A stretch of DNA of 47,145 nt from a virus, in IMG/VR virus record IMGVR_UViG_3300050187_000010, positions 1-47,145 of that record. One strand, given 5' to 3'. A program made the translations under genes and the position numbers. Shown here one piece after another: positions 40,774 through 47,145 of this stretch; the first letter of the stretch is position 1; every line of letters begins with the position of its first letter. The notes under the pieces were generated by a model. It was not told where the DNA came from. It was given only the letters and a program-made list of their open reading frames with translations, and searched no databases.

Positions 40774-40825
40774 AAATCGCGGGCTGGGCAGCTAAAGCTA
40801 AAAAGTGCCCAGTTCGCGATTTTTG
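40774..40825 (+). terminator. Rho-independent terminator (bipartite stem)
   Basis: AAATCGCG-gg-CTGGGCA ... TGCCCAG-tt-CGCGATTT followed by a T run. Confidence 0.65.
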
Positions 40826-40831
40826 TATGTT

Positions 40832-41117
40832 ATCATCATCATTATCATCATCATCATCACGCGCATACGACCCATTTCCCCTCATCGATATATGTGCGTG
40901 GATAACTACTCAGTGATTGATACCCCCAGTGTGCACCATTTTAGTGCATGTCCAGTCTTAGTCCTTTTTTATTTTTTTTTTTTAATAACTATAGAGAGAG
41001 GAAACTGGGGAGGAAGAGAACTGAGGGGGTTAGCCACTGGGGAATTATCCACGCGGGAATTGACGGGAATGGGAATGGGTTGAATGAGTTTGATAATGAT
41101 GATGATGAAGATGATAT
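40832..41117. other. Origin-of-replication-like region
   Basis: 15-bp inverted arms ATCATCATCATTATC (40832-40846) / GATAATGATGATGAT (41092-41106). Convergent GCGTGGATAA (40896-40905) / TTATCCACGC (41045-41054). T6AT12 at 40965-40983. Polypurine tract at 40993-41029. GGGAAT x3 at 41055-41078. Confidence 0.4.
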
Positions 41118-41323
41118 GCCAATTGAGCAATTCTTGATGGACGACGGGGTTTGAGAGTGGGATAATGAGGGCCGAACGCGAGAACAGGCGCCGAGACATG
41201 AAACCGGAGAGGGAGGGGATGATATCCGACGCTGAATTGGAAACCATATTGCTTGTCGGCTACGGCTACCGCTTCGAGAGAACACACAAATGCATTTCTT
41301 AAAGGATACAGGAGAATAGACAA

Positions 41324-41896
41324 ATGAGCGCAATTATCACGCTAGCTCAACTCAAACGTTTAGGCGCCTGCACAGATGAGACCTCCCAGTTCGAGCGGCT
41401 CTTCGGGAGTTCAATCGAGGTTACTGAGGCATGCTGTGTCCAACATGCCGCTCAATTTGATTGGAACTGGGCGGCCGAGCATCTGCTGAGCCAAGACGCG
41501 TTGGCTGAGTACCAGCGCGTTAGGGCGACTGCGTCGGCCGAGTACGAGCGCGTGATGGCTGCCGCGAGGGCCGAATTCGACCGCATGTGGGCCGCGAGGG
41601 CCGAATACAAACGCGTGCGGGCAGCCGCAAACGCCGAATATCAAAGCACGAGAGCAACCGCGTTCGCACGGTTGTACATTAGAGAGGCAGCAGAAGCAGA
41701 TGCGAGGACTACAGCTGAGACGAAGGCAGCTGAGACGAAGGCAACCGATGAACTCATCCACGCAATCAATGCATATGCCGACGCGTGTCGCGCGGATGAA
41801 GTAAAGGGTGGTGGTGACCCCGCGTCCATACCAGAAATTGAAGCGCGGCTGAAACGCACGCAACAGCAACTTGCGTTTCATATACAGCGTATGTAG
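41324..41896 (+). CDS. Repeat-containing hypothetical protein
   Basis: AGGAG Shine-Dalgarno sequence. Five tandem ~11-aa units (AEYxRVxAxAx). The N-terminus is LKRLGAC...DWNWAAEHLL. Confidence 0.55.
   Translation: MSAIITLAQLKRLGACTDETSQFERLFGSSIEVTEACCVQHAAQFDWNWAAEHLLSQDALAEYQRVRATASAEYERVMAAARAEFDRMWAARAEYKRVRAAANAEYQSTRATAFARLYIREAAEADARTTAETKAAETKATDELIHAINAYADACRADEVKGGGDPASIPEIEARLKRTQQQLAFHIQRM
41507..41668 (+). repeat. Five tandem 30-33-nt coding repeats
   Basis: GAGTACCAGCGCGTTAGGGCG... / GAGTACGAGCGCGTGATGGCT... / GAATTCGACCGCATGTGGGCC... / GAATACAAACGCGTGCGGGCA... / GAATATCAAAGCACGAGAGCA... Confidence 0.8.
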
Positions 41897-41924
41897 CGTC
41901 GTCACAGTTATACACCAGAAAGGC

Positions 41925-42413
41925 ATGACCATGACCTTCCAACGACTAAACACTCGAGCAGCGAAGGCTACTGGTGAAGCAGTAATGGCAATTCGCCAAC
42001 GCTATGCTAAGATGGAAAGCTATCCAATGATTCGACAGGCTCTGGTTGAGGAATTCGGGATTCTATTGTCGATTCAGCAGATCACCAGGATAGCTAAAGG
42101 GTATAGCTTTCCACAATTACCGGGGGCGCCGCCGACTGACCGGGAAGTCGATCTAACCATGGCGGTTAACGCCTGTCGGAGTAAACAGCTGGCTGAAGAG
42201 GCAGCAGCTGTTTCACAGGCAGCTATAGACGCGAGTTTAGCTAAGCTGCAGGGAATGCTAGCTGAGGCTAAAGCTGAGGCTGAAACAGCCCCTGATTATA
42301 CTGCGATCCGCGAACGGACTGAAGCAACTGGAGAAGGGGTTTCCAGGCTAGAGCAGGAGATAGGAAGGTTGAAGGCATCAACATTATCTAAATCTAAGAG
42401 GTTCTCAAAATGA
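41925..42413 (+). CDS. HTH-like DNA-binding protein with coiled-coil C-terminus
   Basis: ATG at 41925 or 41931 after AGAAAGG. Contains IRQRYAK...IRQALVEEFGILLSIQQITRIAKGYSF. Confidence 0.45.
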   Translation: MTMTFQRLNTRAAKATGEAVMAIRQRYAKMESYPMIRQALVEEFGILLSIQQITRIAKGYSFPQLPGAPPTDREVDLTMAVNACRSKQLAEEAAAVSQAAIDASLAKLQGMLAEAKAEAETAPDYTAIRERTEATGEGVSRLEQEIGRLKASTLSKSKRFSK

Positions 42414-42616
42414 CCACCAACGCCAACATCACGAACTGCACGACCAAAAATGGCGCAAGCTGTATACCAACGGGCCGCTACTTCAACCAGCATGGAGCTA
42501 GAATAGCAAAAGCAGAAAATAAACAGCTTGATTATGTCGAGTGTCAAATGCTGCCAATACATCCGCAGCGGATCGAGCGGATTAGGTTGGGGAATTTGAT
42601 ATTCGACCGAACTTAG
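42410..42616 (+). CDS. Hypothetical protein
   Basis: ATGA overlap with the upstream gene. Confidence 0.4.
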   Translation: MTTNANITNCTTKNGASCIPTGRYFNQHGARIAKAENKQLDYVECQMLPIHPQRIERIRLGNLIFDRT

Positions 42617-42712
42617 ACCGAACTTGTTGTACCAAGGTTGCACGATGGCTCTTTGAAAAAGGAGCCATCCTGGAACATAGCCAACGACATCATGACACAG
42701 GAGCCTCTCAAA

Positions 42713-43192
42713 ATGACCCCTGAGCAAATCCGTGCTTTTATTCTCGCCGGCAACGCGTTGTTTACCTTAAAATCTATGCGCACTGGAAAACACTTTACCT
42801 TTAAGGTCCAGCTTCGCTACCAACGCAACCCGCAAACAGGACAATTAGCTCCAGTCGAACCTCAGACTTGGACTGTCAAAGTCCTCGCTGGCCGCGACAA
42901 CGGGGATTCCCGCAACTATCGCTACTGCGGCAGCATTCGCGAAGGGCATTTTAGCTATTTGTTATCCCAGGCAACCCCAGCAGTTAAAGGATTTGCCTGG
43001 TGCTGGAAGCATCTTGAACGCTGCGGGGAGCGGTTTGAATTCGCTCATGCTGGACGGTGTGGTAGATGTGGGAGGTTGTTGACTGTTCCAGAATCTATAG
43101 CTAGTGGTATTGGCCCGGAATGTCGAGATAAACTAGCTTTTGAAGCCATGGGCGGGGCAGACGGGCTCTTGAATCAACTTTTTGGAGGCTGA
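42713..43192 (+). CDS. DUF6011-like zinc-ribbon protein
   Basis: C-terminal CGRCGRLLTVPESIASGIGPECRDKL. The ATG at 42713 lies 10 nt after AGGAG. Confidence 0.55.
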   Translation: MTPEQIRAFILAGNALFTLKSMRTGKHFTFKVQLRYQRNPQTGQLAPVEPQTWTVKVLAGRDNGDSRNYRYCGSIREGHFSYLLSQATPAVKGFAWCWKHLERCGERFEFAHAGRCGRCGRLLTVPESIASGIGPECRDKLAFEAMGGADGLLNQLFGG

Positions 43193-43201
43193 AGTTAAAC
43201 C

Positions 43202-43318
43202 ATGCGATCACCAATACGAACTTTTCTCAACGCTTTCGCCCTGGTCTGCACTTTGCTGATGTGGGTGCTGAGCTTCCTGGCGATTATCGGAGTTTCAACT
43301 GGAGCTTTACTGCAATGA
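43202..43318 (+). CDS. Small membrane protein (38 aa, not in ORF track)
   Basis: Hand translation MRSPIRTFLNAFALVCTLLMWVLSFLAIIGVSTGALLQ. Its stop overlaps the next ATG. Confidence 0.35.
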   Translation: MRSPIRTFLNAFALVCTLLMWVLSFLAIIGVSTGALLQ

Positions 43319-43461
43319 ACACAGATCAACCACAGCAACCACATCAACCACAATGGCTGCAACTAGCTATCAAACGTTATAATTCAGCTGATTTCTGGCG
43401 TGGAGTGCGAGAGGTTATCGCGCTGGCAATAGCAATTTGGTTTGTGCTTTGGGTTGGCTGA
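43315..43461 (+). CDS. Small protein with C-terminal TM helix
   Basis: The ATG at 43315 has an ATGA overlap. Ends ...VIALAIAIWFVLWVG. Confidence 0.45.
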   Translation: MNTDQPQQPHQPQWLQLAIKRYNSADFWRGVREVIALAIAIWFVLWVG

Positions 43462-43485
43462 GGCAAACAAACAGAGAGAACTTTC

Positions 43486-43821
43486 ATGAAACCTCTTATC
43501 CGTGACAAGCTATTAACCGCCGGGGCAATCGTTTTAATGTCTGTCGGCAGCTGTTCAACTAGCGGCTGTGCAACGACAAGGGCTTATAGCAATAGCAATA
43601 GCAACAATAGCTCCAGTCCTAATCGGGGCTCCGCCGCCGATTCCTCCCGGTTTATATGGGAGTGGAACTGGCGTACCGCGAGCGCAGTAGTAGCCAGCAT
43701 GCTTGCGACAGGTTATTTAATAGCTGAACGCGAGAAGAATGGCGGGCAACTAACAGCAGCTCCCGAACGTGGTCTGCAGCCGGTTGATCCAAGTTGTATA
43801 GTTAAAGGATGCGCGAGATGA
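43486..43821 (+). CDS. Putative lipoprotein
   Basis: Signal peptide with lipobox-like LMSVGSC, followed by a low-complexity NSNSNNSSS stretch. Confidence 0.5.
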   Translation: MKPLIRDKLLTAGAIVLMSVGSCSTSGCATTRAYSNSNSNNSSSPNRGSAADSSRFIWEWNWRTASAVVASMLATGYLIAEREKNGGQLTAAPERGLQPVDPSCIVKGCAR

Positions 43822-44096
43822 ATAGATACCATAGACAAGTGGAACTGATGCTTAGCCAGTTAGTTAGAGAAGGAGCACAGATTATTATAGACACATCAAG
43901 AATAAAAATTTTGTTAAAAGCAGAGGATGCTGATGCTACAGGCGCGTACGAGTGCATGCTATACGTAGACGATGAATGGTTGTTTCGAGATCGTAAGAAC
44001 GAATACGGTCAAATTCTTAGTCGAGAGAGATACCTTGCGTCGGGGCGATGGGAAAAGATTCTGGGTGAAGAAAATATAAACACCTCCAATTCTTAA
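43809..44096 (+). CDS. Hypothetical protein
   Basis: 95-aa ORF. Its stop lies inside promoter copy C. Confidence 0.5.
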   Translation: MREMNRYHRQVELMLSQLVREGAQIIIDTSRIKILLKAEDADATGAYECMLYVDDEWLFRDRKNEYGQILSRERYLASGRWEKILGEENINTSNS

Positions 44097-44135
44097 TTGA
44101 CTCCGCGCGTGTAATCGGGTTGAATATCCGCGCGG
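44092..44135 (+). promoter_or_regulatory. Composite promoter copy C
   Basis: CTTAATTGACTCCGCGCGTGTAATCGGGTTGAATATCCGCGCGG (TTGACT-17-TTGAAT, flanked by two CGCGCG boxes 25 bp apart). Confidence 0.55.
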
Positions 44136-44173
44136 AGTTTTGGCCATTTCATTTACCTAGGGAACTCAAACAT

Positions 44174-45400
44174 ATGTCTGTTGTCACTACCACTGCCACA
44201 GAAATCGCTCTTAGCGAAACCCAAGGCAAAGCCTTAGCACAGTTTGATGAATGGTTTCACAGAGCTAGTCGAGTCTACACCGGCAAACGTAATATGGAAC
44301 CAGAAGCAGAGGAATCTGCTATTACCGAAAGCGTTCCCCAAGTCTTCAAAATCTTCGGCTTCGCCGGCTCCGGCAAAACCACTATCGCAGCCCGCAAAGC
44401 CCAGGATCTCGGCCGCGGAGTTCTAGCTGCAACATTCACTGGCAAGGCAGCCTTAGTCATGCGGCGTAAAGGTTTTAATTGCTCAACCATTCATTCGCTG
44501 ATTTATGTTCCTAAAATGACTCCGGTGCTGGACAAAACCACCGGTCAGCCAACCGGGGAAGAAGAACTCAGCTTCGTCCTCAACGATGAATCGGATTTGT
44601 GGAACGCCAAGCTATTAATCGTCGATGAAGTTTCAATGGTTGGGCAAGAACTTGGCCGAGATCTATTATCGTTCAACAGGCCAATTTTAGTTTTAGGCGA
44701 CCCAGGCCAACTTCCGCCAATCAGCGGAACAGGTTATTTCACCAAAGATCGTCCAGACGTGATGCTGACTGAAATCCATCGTCAAGCCTTAGACAACCCA
44801 ATTATCAGAATGTCAATGGATATTCGTCTAGGTCGTGGGGTAAAGTCAGGAAACTATGGCGAATCCCGCGTGCTGCGGAAAGCCTCGTTAAATCGCCAAA
44901 GCGACCTGTTAGCTGCAGACCAAGTTCTCTGTGGCATCAACCGCACGCGCCGTACGCTGAATGCAGACATTCGCAAAATGCTTGGCTTTGACCAACCGCA
45001 AACTCCCATGTCAGGGGAAAAGCTGATCTGCCTCAAGAACAACCGCGACAAGGGGCTGTTCAACGGCGGTATGTGGCAGGTCGCCGCCGAGCCGCCTCCG
45101 GTTTTCGACGGCGAGATCTTTGAATTAAAGGTTAACAGCCTAGACCTCGCCGGGCGTACTGCCAAGGTGAAGGTCCCGCTTCAGTTTTTCTGCGCCGAGG
45201 AAGATAAACTTCCAGCTAGCAAGCACCGCAAGTTCGACGAATTCGACTGGGGCTATGCTATCACAGTGCACAAGTCTCAGGGATCGCAATGGGATAATGT
45301 TTTGGTAATGAACGAAAACTATTGTTTTAGGGAAACCGCCATTCAATGGCTGTACACCGCAGTGACGCGGGCGGCAGAGAAATTGACTCTGGTAATCTAA
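44174..45400 (+). CDS. SF1 RecD/Dda-like DNA helicase
   Basis: Walker A GFAGSGKTT, Walker B LLIVDEVSMV, LVLGDPGQLPPI, and motif VI YAITVHKSQGSQWDNV. Confidence 0.85.
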   Translation: MSVVTTTATEIALSETQGKALAQFDEWFHRASRVYTGKRNMEPEAEESAITESVPQVFKIFGFAGSGKTTIAARKAQDLGRGVLAATFTGKAALVMRRKGFNCSTIHSLIYVPKMTPVLDKTTGQPTGEEELSFVLNDESDLWNAKLLIVDEVSMVGQELGRDLLSFNRPILVLGDPGQLPPISGTGYFTKDRPDVMLTEIHRQALDNPIIRMSMDIRLGRGVKSGNYGESRVLRKASLNRQSDLLAADQVLCGINRTRRTLNADIRKMLGFDQPQTPMSGEKLICLKNNRDKGLFNGGMWQVAAEPPPVFDGEIFELKVNSLDLAGRTAKVKVPLQFFCAEEDKLPASKHRKFDEFDWGYAITVHKSQGSQWDNVLVMNENYCFRETAIQWLYTAVTRAAEKLTLVI

Positions 45401-45440
45401 TCTAATCTAATCTAATCTAATCTAATCTAATCTAATCTAA
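45393..45440. repeat. Perfect pentanucleotide microsatellite (TAATC) x 9.6
   Basis: Counted directly. It starts within the last codons of the helicase (GTA ATC TAA) and ends immediately before AAGAGG, the Shine-Dalgarno sequence of the next gene. Confidence 0.95.
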
Positions 45441-45455
45441 AAGAGGTATCTTAAA

Positions 45456-46001
45456 ATGGAAACGGTTAATCCTGACGAAGTCACCAATCAAACTGAAATA
45501 GTTGAGGCTATTTCTGAACTTGGTAAATCCACTACCATAGATATAAATCATAGCAATGAAGTTCGCAGAGCGTTTTTATTCGGCCTGTGGTATAAATCGT
45601 TTCCACGATATATGCTTAGAGACATAACCAGCGCTTATACCTGGGATCTACGGCATATTTTACCTAGAAGTCAGAATTGGGATTTTAACCTGCCGCCAAA
45701 CGCCTTAAAATTCGGCTTCATTTCTGACACCGGCAGCTCTTGGCATCAGCTTTATAGAGATCTGCGTGAACTTGGCTGGAAACGTCAAGCTGTTTGGCGA
45801 GAAGGTGGAAGGCTACAATATCTGCTGAAGTTAACTGGTGCTGAAGGCGAATACCCAAAGGGATTTGAGGAACTGAATTTGCTGCTGGACATTTCGATCA
45901 GCACCTGTAAACAGATTCAAGTCGGAACGAAGATTGAGGAAGTTCCTGTTTACGAGACGCAGTGTGATCTAGTGGAATTGGAGGAAGATTCATATATGTA
46001 A
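45456..46001 (+). CDS. Hypothetical protein
   Basis: 181-aa ORF with an AAGAGG Shine-Dalgarno sequence. Confidence 0.55.
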   Translation: METVNPDEVTNQTEIVEAISELGKSTTIDINHSNEVRRAFLFGLWYKSFPRYMLRDITSAYTWDLRHILPRSQNWDFNLPPNALKFGFISDTGSSWHQLYRDLRELGWKRQAVWREGGRLQYLLKLTGAEGEYPKGFEELNLLLDISISTCKQIQVGTKIEEVPVYETQCDLVELEEDSYM

Positions 46002-46017
46002 CACAAGGATCAACCAC

Positions 46018-46179
46018 ATGATCCCTCCTGGAAAATTACTGACCGTTGAGCAGTCCAGACGCTTAGCGATGCTAGACAAGCTCAGCCGAGAGCAGGCTAT
46101 CGCAGAGATCGTGCGTCACCTGCAAGAGACGAAGCGAGACGGCGCGCCTCGGCAGTGGTATACAAGGAGGATGCTGTAA
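46018..46179 (+). CDS. Small hypothetical protein (53 aa, not in ORF track)
   Basis: AAGGA lies 8 nt upstream. Hand translation MIPPGKLLTVEQSRRLAMLDKLSREQAIAEIVRHLQETKRDGAPRQWYTRRML. Confidence 0.45.
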   Translation: MIPPGKLLTVEQSRRLAMLDKLSREQAIAEIVRHLQETKRDGAPRQWYTRRML

Positions 46180-46206
46180 GCAAGTGCATTTTATTCTAAT
46201 CCAACA

Positions 46207-46247
46207 CTTAATTGACTACCGCCGCCAACCGCGCGATCATCCGCGCC
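46207..46247 (+). promoter_or_regulatory. Composite promoter copy D
   Basis: CTTAATTGACTACCGCCGCCAACCGCGCGATCATCCGCGCC (TTGACT-17-GATCAT, with the -10 flanked by CGCGCG / CCGCGCC). Confidence 0.5.
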
Positions 46248-46318
46248 ACGCACAATGCGGGGAATCCGGCAATCGCCCTCTAATAGGATGCCATTTTGAT
46301 CGTTCGGAGAACTTAGAA

Positions 46319-46966
46319 ATGTTCAACAACCAAGGTTTTGCAGTCAAATTGATGGAGGCAGTCTCTGACGCTGTTGGTGGCCCCGGCTCAGCACCACAGC
46401 CGCAACGTTCCAAAGTCGAGCCCGAAACCGTTATCATGGAAGACGGCCGCTCTGTTGTATTCCCAGGTAAGCGAAAGCTGCAGAAGGAAGTAATCAAGCC
46501 CGATGACGGTACTGATGGTGTTACAGTACGGTTTGACTTCCGCAACGGCAAGACCCGTTCGTTCACTGTCACTACTGGTTCTCCCCTGCTCTGGGACTTC
46601 GCCGGCCACGGCGCTTCGCAGAAGATCGGCGACGAGACCGCCGGTGAAGACGACGTCGATGACATGGTGGTAGCAGTCGATGAAATGATCGACCGCCTCA
46701 GCGGTGATTCTCCTGAATGGACTGCCAAGCGCGAGGGCGGCGGCTTTGCCGGGGTTTCGATTCTGCTGCGAGCGCTGATGGAGCATTCGCAAAAGGATGA
46801 AGCAACGGTCAAGGCTTTCCTGAAGCCCAAGACTCATGCTGAGAAGATGGCCCTGCGAGCACATCCTCCGATCGCAGTAATTGTCAAGCGGCTAGAGGAC
46901 GAAAAGCTGGCCAAGGCAGCTGGCGCATCGAAGGTAGATGCAGAGACCCTGTTGGGGACACTCTGA
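46319..46966 (+). CDS. Hypothetical protein, paralog of 40020-40733, with VDAETLLGTL tail
   Basis: The ATG at 46319 follows CGGAGAACTTAGAA. The ORF-track start at 46184 would span promoter D. Confidence 0.55.
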   Translation: MFNNQGFAVKLMEAVSDAVGGPGSAPQPQRSKVEPETVIMEDGRSVVFPGKRKLQKEVIKPDDGTDGVTVRFDFRNGKTRSFTVTTGSPLLWDFAGHGASQKIGDETAGEDDVDDMVVAVDEMIDRLSGDSPEWTAKREGGGFAGVSILLRALMEHSQKDEATVKAFLKPKTHAEKMALRAHPPIAVIVKRLEDEKLAKAAGASKVDAETLLGTL

Positions 46967-47046
46967 GATTAGTATTGAGACCAGAGTAAAATCGCTAGCG
47001 CTGTTGTGGCTTGACAGTTGGGACTCATCTTAAGCTCTGAGGCTAC

Positions 47047-47145
47047 ACCAAACAACTGTCAAGTTCTTTTCCGCCTGAATAACGCAGGCGCCGGACACGG
47101 TAACCGGACTGAATGGCTTGGCAGTTGGAACTCACGACAGGCGGA
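47047..47145. repeat. Terminal direct repeat, copy 2 (identical to 1-99)
   Basis: Same 99-mer as 1-99. Confidence 0.95.

Noticed and set aside
41165-41302. 45-aa ORF (MRAERENRRRDMKPEREGMISDAELETILLVGYGYRFERTHKCIS), with an internal ATG after GGAGGGG
   Set aside because: It is possible but too short, and I cannot support it from the sequence alone. I left it unannotated.
40805-41333. ORFs 40805-41083, 40948-41154, 40969-41247, 40989-41333, 41045-41323 (poly-Ile, poly-Phe and poly-Asp peptides)
   Set aside because: They are generated by the ATC/GAT triplet runs and the T-tract of the ori-like region.
41411-41953. 180-aa (-) ORF
   Set aside because: It is antisense to the repeat-protein gene, which has an AGGAG Shine-Dalgarno sequence and a clear repeat structure in the + frame.
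46237-46864. 197-aa and 158-aa (-) ORFs
   Set aside because: They are antisense to the 46319-46966 gene, whose paralog relationship supports the + frame.
1-47145. Looked for CRISPR arrays, a DGR (RT plus TR/VR), retron, integrase/att sites, tRNAs and a phage RNAP
   Set aside because: I found no spaced direct-repeat array, no YxDD reverse-transcriptase motif, no tyrosine or serine recombinase motifs, no cloverleaf candidates and no RNAP-like large ORF.

Overview
The window is a complete tailed dsDNA phage genome. Bases 1-99 are identical to 47047-47145, so the contig closes on itself and the unique length is 47,046 bp. All calls come from reading the ORF track and the nucleotide sequence. No searches were run, so family names are motif-level recognitions.

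Layout:
(i) The + strand early and DNA-metabolism arm spans 587-13615. It carries ThyX, a HAD-like phosphatase, a Cas4-like PD-(D/E)XK nuclease, a small LAS/M15-like peptidase, DUF3310, an AAA_24-like ATPase, a ParB-domain/beta-class DNA methyltransferase fusion, a family-4-UDG-like/PolA fusion and a DUF3987-like P-loop NTPase.
(ii) The - strand morphogenesis arm runs from 39083 down to 13666 in a tightly packed, podovirus-like order. It carries an HTH protein, three small structural-like genes, two membrane proteins, an intein-interrupted large terminase and the portal. These are followed by a GroES-like protein, a scaffold, head proteins, a beta-helix protein, tail-tube-like proteins and a 2OG-oxygenase + GNAT insert. 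The arm ends with three internal/ejection proteins (one of 1398 aa), a Zn-ribbon protein and the tail fibre.
(iii) A second + strand arm spans 39674-46966, with small ORFs and an SF1 RecD/Dda-like helicase.

I found no integrase, RNA polymerase, reverse transcriptase, tRNA or CRISPR array.

The most notable signals are non-canonical:
- a ~0.67-kb ORF-poor, hairpin-dense segment across the circular junction (46967-47046 plus 1-510) that ends in an intrinsic terminator, a candidate large structured RNA or packaging region;
- a family of at least 5 near-identical composite promoters with paired CGCGCG boxes;
- a six-half-site GTCAC/GTGAC operator array;
- an origin-like region with convergent DnaA-box-like sites, a T6AT12 tract, a polypurine tract and (ATC)n/(GAT)n inverted arms;
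- a class-3-like (Ala1, W-C-T) LAGLIDADG intein that splits the TerL P-loop;
- a GC-rich island carrying a divergent paralog of a gene elsewhere in the genome;
- a shared C-terminal VDAxxLL tail on three ORFs;
- a perfect (TAATC)9.6 microsatellite.
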